This document shows, piece by piece, positions 37,507 to 50,494 of a stretch of 64,000 nt of DNA (within the stretch, counting starts at the first letter, position 1; each line of letters begins with the position of its first letter). The stretch comes from Vermamoeba vermiformis (taxonomy: Eukaryota), in contig JBEWZL010000239.1 in NCBI GenBank assembly GCA_045837725.1, forward strand, positions 310,001 to 374,000, written 5' to 3'. The notes beneath the pieces are model-generated. The model did no database searches. It was not told the origin of the DNA and saw only the letters and a program-made list of their open reading frames with translations. Made by a program: the position numbers and the translations under genes.

Positions 37507-37801
37507 TGTTGTTTGCTTGTTATTGTTGAATGAAGGAACAATGAGCCTTGCGTCTAATTTATGTTCGACTGATGGACAAAGGTGATGGACAAACCACGTG
37601 ATCTTCTGAAATTTCAAAATTGAGATGGACAACTGCGACATTGGCAAGTTGTACCATGTACTAGGCGTTTAAGGACATCCTTGAAAGGTTTGTATGATTA
37701 AAGAGTTCTTCTCTTAACGTTAATGTTATCGTCTTTTTACTTTGAGATCAAGAACACGCAGCTCATGTGTTTGTAATTTGTATTTGTATTATTGTATATT
37801 T

Positions 37802-38734
37802 ATGAACAACGAGTTTGAAAAATTAACACCTGAATCAGCGGAAGAAGGAATGAGTTCGGAGGTGGTTACGAACAAATCTGCTCTGCCTGTAAATATTAAA
37901 AAGGATTTATATCCTATGTGTATAGTATGGAGCCCAATACCTTTATTATCGTGGCTATGCCCTGTAATAGGTACCGCCTATTTTTAATATTATTAAATTT
38001 CTAAAATTAATTATTTTTTTATTACAGGACATTTGGGTATTGTTACAAGCGACGGAAAAATTAATGATTTTGGCGGTCCTTATTTTGTAAATGTAAGTTA
38101 TCGCTAAATTATTTTATTGAAGCTGACTTACAAGATCGCAGAGACATAATTCCCGAACAGCTTTTGGATCCGTTACTAAGTAAGTATAATTCATTACAAT
38201 TTATGCTATACAATCCTAATATATTAAAGATACTGGCCGATGAGTACACGAGAGTTAAGTGCAGATCGCATTACACCCGAAGATTGGGATCGCGCTATTG
38301 AAGAGTCTTCATGCGCTTACGATGAGATGATGGTATGATCATATTAAAGCCGCCAATTACATTAAATAAATGATACTAATATAATTATCCCTTCGATTCT
38401 ACAGCATAATCTGATCTGGTAAGTAACGTGGATGCGTTGGATCAATTTTCTGAATTAACTAACCTTCATTGTTAGCAATAATTGCCATAGTCACGTAGCA
38501 CGAGCCCTTAATAGTTTACGATTCAAGCAAATAACGTACTGGAATACTTTCGTTTTGATCTGTTACATGATCCGATACGGTCAATTCGTCAGGTACGTAG
38601 TAAAACTCGATCTTATAGGACTAATAATAACACTATATACTAGTTTTGGTCGGTGGTTGAAAACTTATCTTGGCTTCTTTTGTATGCTCGGCTTGACGTT
38701 GTTTTTTGTCTACATGTCAAAGAGCACTAAATGA
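37802..38734 (+). CDS. TMEM222: TMEM222/RTE1 family membrane protein, 7 exons including a 14-nt microexon
   Basis: [33 protein letters not shown] and HNLICNNCHSHVARALN. Confidence 0.9.
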
Positions 38735-39232
38735 CGAGATAAACTAGAGATTACTAAGGAACAGTTTGCTGCAATCAAGCTGTCATATCATTGTGCTCGC
38801 CATCTAGTGTCTATAATCAATAAGGCGTTATGAACAACTAATTTACATCCCTTCAGCATTTGCTTCAAGACAGGTAGCAGCTGTTCATTCGCGTGAGGCC
38901 AATTGGATATCTAATAGCACTAGTACAGAATAGTTGAGTAGATCATGCACCACAGAACATTTGGCATCCCAATTCAGTCCGCAAATCATGCCACGATCGC
39001 ACCCACTTAGGTCAAGATCTACCTCAGTACGAATCACCAAAGGTAAGTAATTTCTGCAGTTACCAGGAAAATTTTCGCTAAAATTCGAATCAGTGCTCAA
39101 GTCTTAAACCGTCCGAATCGGGAAGGATCTTTTTGGGCCACGTGCCAGTTTTCAACGAATTTTTTTTTTCGGTACAAGTTGGATCGGACCAATTTTTATG
39201 TTCGTCTTCTATCAATTGATATAAACACAATA

Positions 39233-39886
39233 ATGGCGCACAAAATTGGATTTTTTGTATTTTTTGCTATTTTTGCGATCTACGTAAACGCATCCAATTT
39301 TATTATTAACATGGAATGCCCGTACTTGAGCCCCAAGGCCGGATATCGTACAGTAAATTTATACCGCTCTACACAAGGAAAATGCTTGCCTATGGAGGGT
39401 GGTCGCTGGTACACTGCATCTTGCGACGGAGATCTAGCCAACATGCGCCTGGATTGCGAAGATAGTACCTGCGAAATTGGATGCTCTAAACAAGAGGCTA
39501 TATATAACGCTACTACTAATGAATGCGCAGACGGCGTGACTTTAAATTTTTGTACCAACTCCGAACCTAATTTCGGAAAATTATTGAATTCGAGCTCGTA
39601 CATGAAATTATCGTACTACTACGACCAATCGTGCAAACAACCTGCTTACGAGAAGTACACTGCCACCAACTTGTGTTTGAGCGACAGATCTGGACCTGTT
39701 CACCAACAATTGCTTTGTCTTTCGCAATGCGGTGTGATGATGGTTACTTATGAAGACTTTAACAACGATCCTACGTGCTCAATGTTGCCAAGCAATGATA
39801 ACACTTTGGGACCCTGGCCGAATCACTTTTGCGGAAAGAGATTCAAAAACGATCCTTTGTACTCCACCATCGAGTGCGTTTATTAA
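39233..39886 (+). CDS. Intronless secreted Cys-rich protein
   Basis: Signal peptide MAHKIGFFVFFAIFAIYVNA and many regularly spaced Cys residues. Confidence 0.7.
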   Translation: MAHKIGFFVFFAIFAIYVNASNFIINMECPYLSPKAGYRTVNLYRSTQGKCLPMEGGRWYTASCDGDLANMRLDCEDSTCEIGCSKQEAIYNATTNECADGVTLNFCTNSEPNFGKLLNSSSYMKLSYYYDQSCKQPAYEKYTATNLCLSDRSGPVHQQLLCLSQCGVMMVTYEDFNNDPTCSMLPSNDNTLGPWPNHFCGKRFKNDPLYSTIECVY

Positions 39887-39950
39887 AACCATTTTTCTTT
39901 GAAATGCACGACTGATACAGACTCTTTTCACATATTGACGGTATGAAGTA

Positions 39951-40127
39951 CGCATCAACAACGAATGTCTGAAAAAAAACTTGAGGTTGTTAGTTAATTT
40001 ACTAATTTAGCAAGGTTTTCCTACGAGCCCGGTACAATTTGAATATCATACTTTTATAAGAAAGTTAATCTACTTAGTAAATTAACTAACAACCTCAGCT
40101 TTTTTTCAGACATCCGTTGTTGATGCG
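39951..40127. mobile_element. MITE-like element: about 55-bp imperfect terminal inverted repeats flanked by TA
   Basis: CGCATCAACAACGAATGTCTGAAAAAAAACTTGAGGTTGTTAGTTAATTTACTAA at the left end and its near-perfect reverse complement at 40074-40127; TA on both sides; no ORF. Confidence 0.75.
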
Positions 40128-40279
40128 TACTGAGTTGATCGTGGGTCATATCTAATCAACCGTGTCAATAAGATGACACGAATTCCCAACAAAGGGATTG
40201 AGGAATTTAATAGTATCGGATTTTTACTTACCTAGTCAATCTATATGTACATGATAGTAATAGACCACTATAGTTGTTA

Positions 40280-41503
40280 CTATTGCTGCGCACATCCTTG
40301 CGCTTCAGCCTCGTTCGGTGGAATTTCATCAACTTGTTCGCACGTCACGTGTTTGATGCCTTGAACTTCACACGGCATAGCTGAGACTAGTGCTATTGTA
40401 TTGCCATATATAGGTCCGTCATCGCTATTATCGTGAAATCTCAGGTACAAATCTCCTTTTCCTCCCGGCTGCTGGTTTGGCATGCCTTCATTTTTAATCC
40501 TGAATAGATCTCCTTCTTTTAAGGCAATATTTGGATCGCTCTTGCAGACTATAGTATGTAGGCCAATATGTTGGAATATTAGTTCAAATCCATTCGTAAA
40601 TTTAGCGAGCGGAGCTGACACATCCAGAATCAACTTGTTTCCTTGACGCCTATAAAATAATATTGATAAATAAGGACCTATGATAATTGGATACTTGTAT
40701 GTTCTCATATGGCTGCTTTTTCCCAGGCGAAATCGCGCCAAAGAGGAGTCGAATCCGCAGAGTTTTCAGGAGGAAGCTTACTTGAATTGTGGATGGTCTA
40801 ATTGCTTGATAATAACTGCAATATCACCTGGTTCTAAGGACGGGAGATGATTGCCCTTCCCAGCAAGAAAAGCCTGAGTATTGTCTGACGTGCCTGGATT
40901 CATCGAGAATTGCATCATCGTTGTCGATTGTATGGTCCTCTTTCCCTCGCAAGTACCGCAAATTACTTCAGATTGATGGTCTAAATAATATTCAAGATCA
41001 TTAGAACAGTTCTTTGTTAAATTAAAGTCCGTACTTAATCCGTTACACGCAGGGCAAACTATAGATTTGGCAATTTTGAATCGCTGTACTTTGCCAAAAT
41101 AAAAGTCCTCCAATGGCACATATATTGTATGCATTAAAAGCGGACTTTTAGGCTTTCCACGAGTCCCGGGACCAATTGTCTGGAAAATGTCTAAGGGATC
41201 TGGTTCTTTATATCTAGCGACTCCTTCCAAGCCCTCTCGATCATATATGTCGGAGTTGTTCGTCAGAAAGGATCTTATAGGCCTCAGCAGCTTTTTTAAA
41301 ATATTCTTCATTTTCTGACGCGCCGTGGGAAGCGTGCATTACTTTTCTAGCTACCTTTAAATAACGTAAATAATAGTATTATTATTTTCGTGCAGACATT
41401 ATATTTCGACAATTACCTTCCTGTAAGCCTTTTTGATCTCATCTTGGGTCGCCTTTGGTGACACTTCTAAGCGCTCGTATAACTCTTTATTATTGTGCTC
41501 CAT
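40280..41503 (-). pseudogene. Type I-like DnaJ (Ydj1/DNAJA) with an internal frameshift and no HPD motif
   Basis: LYERLEV...IKKAYRK; the J domain frame ends at CAT ATA TGA near 41243; CxxCxG motifs; C-terminal CAQQ CaaX. Confidence 0.65.
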
Positions 41504-41779
41504 ATTAATCTTATTGTTAGACCTTCGTAGTGTTTGTCCCTTTCATCATTAATGTGACATTTGTCCTGTTGTTGTAAAAAGAATAAGAATTGATTGCTGC
41601 TGACAAATCATCTATAATGACTTAATAAGCATCTCTTACAATCATCGCCGCTTATTTTTGGCTTGTTTATTGCGTTCAAAAATTAAATAAAACTAAAATT
41701 AAATATTGTTTTTAAGATCTAACTATTAGACTAGATCTTCGTTACATTATAATAGCAAGATCTATTTCTTATTATTTTC

Positions 41780-44384
41780 TTAATACGAGTGCTCGTCGAG
41801 TCTCTCGCTATCAGGCACGCGCTCAGGCAATTCATGAGCAAACAAAGCATTTCGTTCAGCCTCGCGTTTCTTGTTGTAATCCATAAAGTAGTAGATGCCC
41901 ACAGCCAACAAAATAACGCCGAGACCGCCGAAGCCAATACCATACAGCACTGGTCGTTCGTTAGGTTGAACAGCTCCGTTGCCAGAAACAGTTGCGCTGC
42001 AGTCGATCAAGAAAAAGTCGGTGCTGTCGCAGACGCAGACACGGTCCAAGCAGTTACCATTGTTGTTGCAGTGGTTAGGGCAACCATCTATAATAAATCA
42101 CTCGTTAATATTTGTTTTAAAAAAAAAACCGGATCTTGATCGCGTTACCTCCAAGCCAGAGACCGAACTCGCTGTCGGACATAACGGCGAAGTACCAATC
42201 GCCATTAGTCAAAATATCTTGTTCGAAGATATTGTCGCTATTCACATAATCATAGAAGCCAGCATTGGGCGAAGGCAAGTTTCCGTACTTGACGTAGATC
42301 TTGACCTTAGTGTTGGGGCTTCTGTTGATATTCTTGATGTTCATATCGAGGTCGTTGTTTTTGCCATTAGTAGTGAACTTGAAGTAAGCAATTGACCCGG
42401 TTCCTGAAGGAGTTCTAATCATTTTGCTCTTTTCAAGGTTGCTAACGTCGGTGACGGCTGAAGAATAGGCCAATTAGTACGTATATTCGTTCAATAGCAC
42501 GAATAATATCGGATTTGATTATAATTTCGTTTGTACGGTTTGAAATAAGGACGTGTAAAGGCAGATCCAACCGAAAAAATAAAAAAGCAAAAATAATTCA
42601 AATTAAATTAATTAAATTAGTTACTTGACACTTACTAGTATTGCATGAATAACCGAGACCAGTGGCGCAAGATTGAATGGTAAAAGTGTAATTGAAAGCT
42701 TGCTTTTGGTTGTTGACGATAATGATCCAAGTCAAGGGGCTAGGAGAAACAGCTTGGAATGACAAAACGCCGTTGACATCGTTCTATATATAAATATTAG
42801 AATTTAAGTAACGAGAAAATAAATTTTTTGAGCGGATTTGCTGTAACTTACCTTAGCCCAAGTAGGAACAGCTCCGTAAGAAGCAGCAACGGGCAAAGAG
42901 ACGGATGAACCATTGTTCAATTGATAAGAGAATGCAATTCTGCTAGTATTGACCAAGAACGATGAGTTGAGACGGAAATAGGTCACATCCGCGGTCGAAG
43001 CGACTGAAACATCAGCAGCAGAAGCAGACAATTCAATAGGAGCTAATATATCGTATAAGTACCGTATAATACTGCTATATTCGAGTTAATACGCGTACCA
43101 ACACATTCAGATCCAACACCAGTGGAGCATCGTTCAGCGGTCAAATTGAAGCTGACTGTAGAGCTAGCAGTGGCATTGGTAGCGAACCAAAAACCGAGTT
43201 GGTGCGTGAAGCTCTTCAAATTCAACGAGTAGGTAGCAGTACCGTCTATACAAAGTGTAAATAAGCGGCTAAATTATGACAAAAGCGGATCTTGCTTGAA
43301 ATAATTTTTAAAAAAAACTTACTGGCAGTTTTATATGTACGGTACTCTAAACATTGAGTAGACCAACTTGAAGCATCAGTAGAAACCTGCAAATAAAAAT
43401 TAAGAATTTATTCGTTAGATCTGAACGCACGCAAATTATTGCCACGTTGTTCAAAACAATGTATATATTATTACTTTGCTTAAAATAAGCGTAACAACGT
43501 ACCTTTAAGCCTCGTTGAAGGCAGATCTGAAGATCAGCTGTCGCTTGAACTGACAATTTAGCAGGGCCGCTCAAAAAAGGAACTTCAATTGTGAATGGTG
43601 TCGGGCTTGATTTAGGATTCAGCGTAACTGTTTGTGAATCAAGAGTAACTGGTTGAGCTCCTATAATCAATGCTAAAATTAGAATAAAATCAAAATGATT
43701 CGGCGGGAAGCAGATCTTGTCGTAAAAACAAATTTGTGCATAAATATGACCGCGTATCGTAACTATTAATCTATTAATTTCATGAGTTATTTATTATTCC
43801 TATTTAACTAATAGCATTGCAATTTTGTGTTAGACAATTGAACGTAGGAAATCTGTTACGCAACAGAAATTGCTGTGTTAATTTCCTAGCTATAATATTC
43901 GCGTATTTATAATAAATAAATCATGATAGAATTATTTGCATTATTTTCATAACCGATCGACAACTTTTTCAAGTGTCGGATTTTCATCTAGACAGCTCTA
44001 GTTAATTTACAAAATTATCCTTCGATTATTATAGGGCAATTATATATATGCGAAATAAGTGTCGAAAGTAATTTGCTGTCCTCACAACTGAAGCATTAAT
44101 TTCCCGAATTAATACAAAAATTAACCGGTGAGAATAGCATAAGCCTACATAATACGTGCTAGTGTGCTGTCACTAATACTAGTTATTTATGCGCTTCGTA
44201 GTATTATGGTAGGAAAAATTGCTTCGCAGTAAGCAGGGATTCAAAGCAAAAAACTTTTGATCGATCGCGGTATTCTTTTGATAGGACAATAATACACCTA
44301 AGGATATCAATATTAATACATACCTTGTTGAAAGGAGACATTGACAAGAGCAGTCAATACAAAGAGGCATACTAGAAAACCCAT
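41780..44384 (-). CDS. Type-I membrane protein with a beta-rich ectodomain and a juxtamembrane EGF-like domain
   Basis: Signal peptide MGFLVCLFVLTALV; YVKYGNLPS; CPNHCNNNGNCLDRVCVC; TM followed by a short tail. Confidence 0.7.
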
Positions 44385-44660
44385 CTGTTAAAAAAACTAT
44401 ATCTGTACAAAAAAATAAATAATTCGCAGCTGATATCGCCGTTTGATAAGGCGACTAGCTCTTGTTGCTTTTTGAGTGAGTTGATAACTAACTGCCCTTC
44501 AAGTAAAAACAACGGTTATTTTTTGATATTTTTTTATCAATTTTATCAGCCGGTTGAAAAATGTATCGGGCTCGGGTAATTAGTCTTAATTAACCAGATA
44601 ATAAGTGCAATACTTGTTAATATTAAATGACATAACCTTAGAGCCTGTAGAAGTCATCGG

Positions 44661-45578
44661 ATGCACAAAAACAATTTATTGATAATTTTATTCATCATCG
44701 GGCTCTATTGCGCTAATGCCTATGCCAAATATTATTGCCCGAAAAATACAGAGGCGAAAACTATAATAATAGACGGCAAGCCCGATTTTGAAGGCAATCG
44801 CGTGATCTTGGACGAAACCCGATCCGTGGAGAGGTAAAATAACATCGTCATAAATTTATATTATGCATATATTGATGTTTGTAAAGATATTTTGCAAGAG
44901 ATGGCTCGTATTTTTACTTTGGAATTAAAATTCTGGATCGTCAACTTGCCGCTACAAGCTATCGAAAGCATTTCTTCGTTAGTACCAATCCACTCAACGA
45001 AAAAGAGAGGTGCGTATTAGGTCTATCTTATCGATACTTATAGATGCATATAAAAGCGTTTTGAATAAAATTTTAATTCCGTTACTAGGTTTACCTTTCA
45101 TTGGGACGAGATGAAGCCGATAATTACAAGTACTTTAGACAATGGTACGTATTATCTTACAATAGGAACTAAATTATTTATATACAAATGAAACTAACTT
45201 TTGTACTGGCTAGATCCCGAAATGGAATGCGCTACAACAGATTTGTACAGCGAATGTCGAATTAAGAACATGTGGAATACGTTAGAAGTAATACGCTCTA
45301 GCTCAATAGACCCATTAGACCACGTTACAATATGTACTTTGGATTTCAGCGCATCTGGTACGTACCAACAAGCCTCGGAAAAAATCGATCAAGCTGAAAT
45401 TATGCTTGCCGCCGAACAAACCACAAACACCACCATCATCGATGCTCGTAAACGAAATTTCGTTGTCTCTGGACTTTTAGCCTCAGCAATGTTGGTCATT
45501 ACTTTCGTAGTTGGGATCATCTTTTTATTCCGCGAAAAGCTTCCAGACTCTGTAGCGTTTGAAAAGAAAGATAATTAA
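44661..45578 (+). CDS. Hypothetical type-I membrane protein, multi-exon
   Basis: Signal peptide, C-terminal TM (FVVSGLLASAMLVITFVVGIIFLF), tail ending KKDN. Confidence 0.6.
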
Positions 45579-46004
45579 GCGATTTGTATATAAATATTAT
45601 GTAAAATAAAAGCGGTACAATAGATCGAGTGGGTCGATCCGCGTACACGGCCCTTCTTTCCTAACTACCAGCCTATATCACAATCATAGCAACGAAATAT
45701 AGACGTTAACCGTATTCCAGAGTGGATGCAGCGAATGCGGCCATGGAGAGGAGAGTAACTCCGCTAAATCGGACAGCTCTAGAGCTGTTTGGATCCAAAT
45801 TAGCGTGCAGTGGTGCAATACTGCACGTAGCGAGGTGATCTTGTCTAATTTGGGAATTGTTTACCACCTGTTCAGTGCCAAGGCAATGAAATTTGAGCGA
45901 AAAACCGAGTAACCGTACAAACATCTGGTCAACCAATGACAACACACAAATGAAACACTTCTGCTTTTTGTTTCGGCATATAGACAACACCTGCAGTAAA
46001 TAAA

Positions 46005-47694
46005 ATGGAGGGCACCACTGTGCTTCCATATCAACAGTTATTTGAATTGGACGAGCTGCTGGTCGAGATCCTTCGTCATTTGTTAGAGGATAAAAAATCA
46101 ATTAACGAATTATTGCAAACCGCGAAGTGGTAAATATTATCCCTCTTGTTTTAGGCCACAAATAAATTGTTGGTTAATTTAAATTAATTCTTCTAATTTT
46201 TTTTAGGCTCTCGAAACGTCTACATTCAACAGCCTTATGGACAAGCCTTGGTTTCTTATTTTATAAACACAATGAAATTAATATTACGCCTAAAATGCTT
46301 TGGCATTTGCTTCGAGAGCGGCAGATCGAGCTGACTGTGCAGTCCTATCCCAAAGAAACAATGTACAGCGAAGAAAATGCTTACAATTTGAAATATTTAA
46401 TTCACCTTGCTCGATCAGGTATGTTTCATAAGATACGGCGATAGTATTACTTCCATTTATTTTGTTGGATCTAGAAAAAGAAGCTCACCAAATGGTCGCA
46501 CTTGGATTTTTGCAATCACCTCTTTATAAAACGATACAGTTGCACCGGAATCCTGAATTACAGGTAAACATAACTTGGTCCGTTGAATTTTCGTGTATTT
46601 TAACCGTTGGCCCCTTACAACTTTGACGGAATATTGATTATTATATTAATATAATTATTATTTCCTTATTAGGAGCTCGTTTGTATCTTGCTAAGCAAGC
46701 TGTGCAAGAACATGGGTGCTTACCTTCAGGACATGTACGACTACATGCCAGTCCTCGTGGACATCATTAAAAGCAAGGAAGCGTGTCTTGATCAATCGTC
46801 ACTAGCATTGGCTGCGTGTAAAGCATTGGGCGTGTTTGCATCTAACGCAATCTCGGATTTGGAGATTTTTCCGTACCTCTCGCGTTTGGGCCCAATCCTT
46901 GTAAAATTAATGACGTAAGTGACAATTATAGCGTATACATATATTAGTGTTTCTAGATTGAAAAAATAAGCGAGTCGATTTAAACTCTTTTTTAACGCGG
47001 ATTTACCTTTAGCCACCAGGATTCAGATCTGCAAGCAGCGGGATATAGCATCACTGGTTCCGCAATAGCAACAGGCGATTTTACCAACTACACAGCCCTC
47101 GCTAATTTACCAGCATTTTGGGCAGCTATTACTGACGGCTTGTCGAACAAACTTGCCTCGATCCGAAGAGATGTCGCGTGGACTTGTTCAAATCTTGCGA
47201 TTGAAGACGCAGGTCATATGACTAGCGATGAGATATTTCAAAAACTTCTTGCGTTGAAAAATGACAGTACGGAGATTACACGTGAAGTAGTTTGGGTATT
47301 TGCAAATTTGGCTAATTCGTACCATCAATTGAACGTGGCTCAAAAACAAGTGTGGGAAAGAAATTACATTGAATTGCTCGATTTTTGTTGTGCACAATTG
47401 AAACTGGCCATACAAGAACAACAACAACCTCGGAACCCCAACGAAGGTCCTGTTGCTATACTATATGAAACTGCAGCACTCATCAATCAACTCATTGGCC
47501 CCTTATTAACGACAGTCAACGTGTTGTTGAACGTTTTGGAAGACTGGTCAAATAAGGAAATGGTTTTTTTTTGCAAACAGAACCCGATCCACCGCGAATT
47601 GTATCGAATTGTGCACTCGCCATCCATGCCCAAATCTATGATATTAGACATTGTTAGAGATAGTTTTACACGAAGTTTCAAAAATTTTATCTAA
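46005..47694 (+). CDS. Armadillo/HEAT-repeat protein with a possible N-terminal F-box-like motif
   Basis: LFELDELLVEILRHL; RRDVAWTCSNLA; REVVWVFANLA. Confidence 0.6.
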
Positions 47695-47858
47695 ATAAAT
47701 TAGAGGCATAGTAGTGCTCTCGTATTCGCTATAAATGCAACGAGACTAGGTCTTCGTCTTACAGTTTATTAACAAGATCTATGTACATTAAAATAAATAA
47801 ATTCGCTCGAAAAGTAGATACATTGAGTATATATTATAATACCCTATAATGAACCTAA

Positions 47859-49171
47859 TTACACTTCTCCAGTCATTCGCATGACAAATTCGTCTTCAAA
47901 TGTCTCGCAAGACTCTAATAACGCCTCTTTCATTCGTGCGTGACGAAGATCGCTCAACTCGACTGAATTATGGAGCTTTTGCATTGCTAAATCGAAACTA
48001 TTACGCGCTGATCTCGCTGAAGCTGGCTGAGAAACGGTTTCTGAAGTGCTGCTACTTAATTTGTCGAGATCGAGTTGGATTTGCTCGTGAGATACTTCGT
48101 TCAAACCATGTGAGGCTAAGAAATCTGGTCCTATTGCGTCTACTTCTATTTTATGCTTATTTGCTCGTACGCTAAGCACCTGGCTATAAAAGGAAAAAAA
48201 GTTAATATTTTAACTTGGGTAAGAGTTAAAAAGCAAAGTAGTATACTTCAGGTAGAAAATATAGATTAATATCAAGTATAAACCAATTTTAATAATCTAA
48301 TTACGTGGATCTTGTCGCGTAATTCGTAAACGATTGAAATTTCTGAATGTAAAATCAGCGCTACTTACTTCTTAATTATGACTGCTATACGCAATAAGCT
48401 GCTTATTACGCGCATTGCTATTATAAATACTGTCGCTTTGAAGCTGAATTCGACAATTACTGCTGTCTCGAGCCAAGTTAGAATTAACGTTATCCAAGAG
48501 ACGATTGTAACGCTGAAATCAACAACCGTGTACCACGATAGCCAAAAGACCTATCATATAATTTAAATTAAATAATAGTTCACAAGGCAGATTTGTTACG
48601 CACTTTTCTTTTGCCGATCAAGCGTAAAATGAGGTCAAATAGCATGTCGATATTTACAAATAATTCCAAAGCGAATATGAAGTTTACTGCCCATCTATTA
48701 AACAAAAGGATTAAGGAGAATAATGGTATCGAAAAGATCGGGATGCGCTGTAACGGTCAAATATGTCAATAAGGATACGATTCGTAGTTTTGAAATCCAT
48801 AGCCAAGTTGCTATATAAATAAGCGTTAATCAAGCCGTTTATTACAATATTAAAAAAAATAAATTCGTATCACGACCAGATCACTTCATTTTTTAATTCC
48901 AAATAATTTCTTATATTATAACAACCATATGTATGTGTTATACTAAATATCCGTGACATTGTGTAATTGATATTTAGTGAGAAATTACGAATTAATGGAG
49001 AAAAAGTTTACAAGATGCACTTACCCCAGTTAAAACGATCAAATTCACCAAAATTATAAATACATTAAATACAACATAACCACGTGATAGCAGAAAACGT
49101 GTGGCACAATCCGCAGCTTGCCGTGACTGCGAGAAGCTGAAATCTAGATTTGCTTGTTGATGGGATGTCAT
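47859..49171 (-). CDS. Voltage-sensor-like (S1-S4 only) membrane protein, 5 coding exons
   Basis: Assembled S2 ALELFVNIDMLFDLILRL, S3 FWLSWYTVVDF and S4 MRVISSLLRIAVIIK; no pore domain; acidic tail. Confidence 0.6.
48695..48778 (-). other. U12-type (minor spliceosome) GT-AG intron, 84 nt, phase 2
   Basis: 5' GTATCCTT and branch site TTCTCCTTAAT close to the AG. Confidence 0.85.
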
Positions 49172-49435
49172 CTACACAGTTGTTCAAAATAAATAGGGAT
49201 AAACAAATAACAAACAAATAAATACTACAGGGCTCGAAGAATTTTCTTCTGCGTTAGTCGTGTGTTGCATTGCCAATTCCTTACAAAATGTCACTGAAAA
49301 ATCACGCTGTCGATTTTTTTCTCGCGCACGAAATCATGAAACGTATTTACAATTTATTAGGGCTGTTAATAGTACAATTAGGTTATATGCCCAAATTCTA
49401 ATAAAAATAAGGTCATAGACGCACATCTGGTTCGC

Positions 49436-50214
49436 CTATTCTTCGTCAACTTCAGCGTAGTCCTCCGGGAATCGTTGTGCCAATTTCGTTTGCAGAGTTC
49501 TAAATACGACAATGATATTATTAAATTGCGTATATGAATAATCGAAACAAAGTACTAATTGCAAAACAAGCCAGATCCGTTCCACGTCGGATCGCGTTTG
49601 ACGAATTATAATTTGCAACGCATAAATTATGCTTACCTAATCTTCTTGAATATAAAGTCCAAGTCTTTCTTCAATTCTTTCATGATCCGCGTGTGCTTCT
49701 CAAAATCCTTGTTTATGCTCGTGTATGCTTTTAATGAAAAATCGTTGGCTGTTGATAGTGTATCGTTTACTTGTTGTATTTTAGTCATACTAATAATATT
49801 ATGATTAGTATTAGCCTAAGCTAAGCAATAGAAATGGAATCCAGATCGACAAAAAAAAACCAAAAATTAATCAATAATAATTTAAAAATATACTCACACG
49901 TCATATTGAACGTCTAATGTATTTTCAATATCCTCTTGATTAATTAAATTGTAGATCTCGAGAGCAAATTGTTCAGCGTTGACATAATCTTTGAATGGAT
50001 CTTCTTCAGGAACAAATTCTCTGCGATCAGCATCTTTTTCTTTATCTTCCTTAATTTTATCTGATTTTTTAAGCATATCTGTGAATATCTTTTGAACATT
50101 TTGCGAGATCTTCTGCACGTTCTCGCTTATCTTATCTAGATCTGCTTGTGAAGGCAGTTTAGCCGCTAATACGTCTAATGCCTTCGAAGCACCACTTGAC
50201 TCTGTTGTGCTCAT
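49436..50214 (-). CDS. KXD1: KxDL-motif protein (BORC/BLOC-1 associated), 3 exons
   Basis: FEKHTRIMKELKKDLDFIFKKIRTLQTKLAQRFPE. Confidence 0.85.
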
Positions 50215-50494
50215 ATTGATTTCAAATAAAAAACTGAATTGTCTTCGTCACTTTCGAGCTAGACTTCTAAAAATAGAGCGAATCCACCAGATCCACTAAC
50301 AACCTTCAAATTAGAATAAAATTGCATAAGGCACTATATTATGTGATATAGGGGAGTACTAATCGCCTTCGAAAGAAGTTTCGGCAAGATCAGCGATAAA
50401 AAAGTAAGTACGAACAAAGTTGACTCAACTCTTTATTTTTTAATAATACTACTATATATTACGTACATTTCAACCAATATTCTACCGTTCTAAC

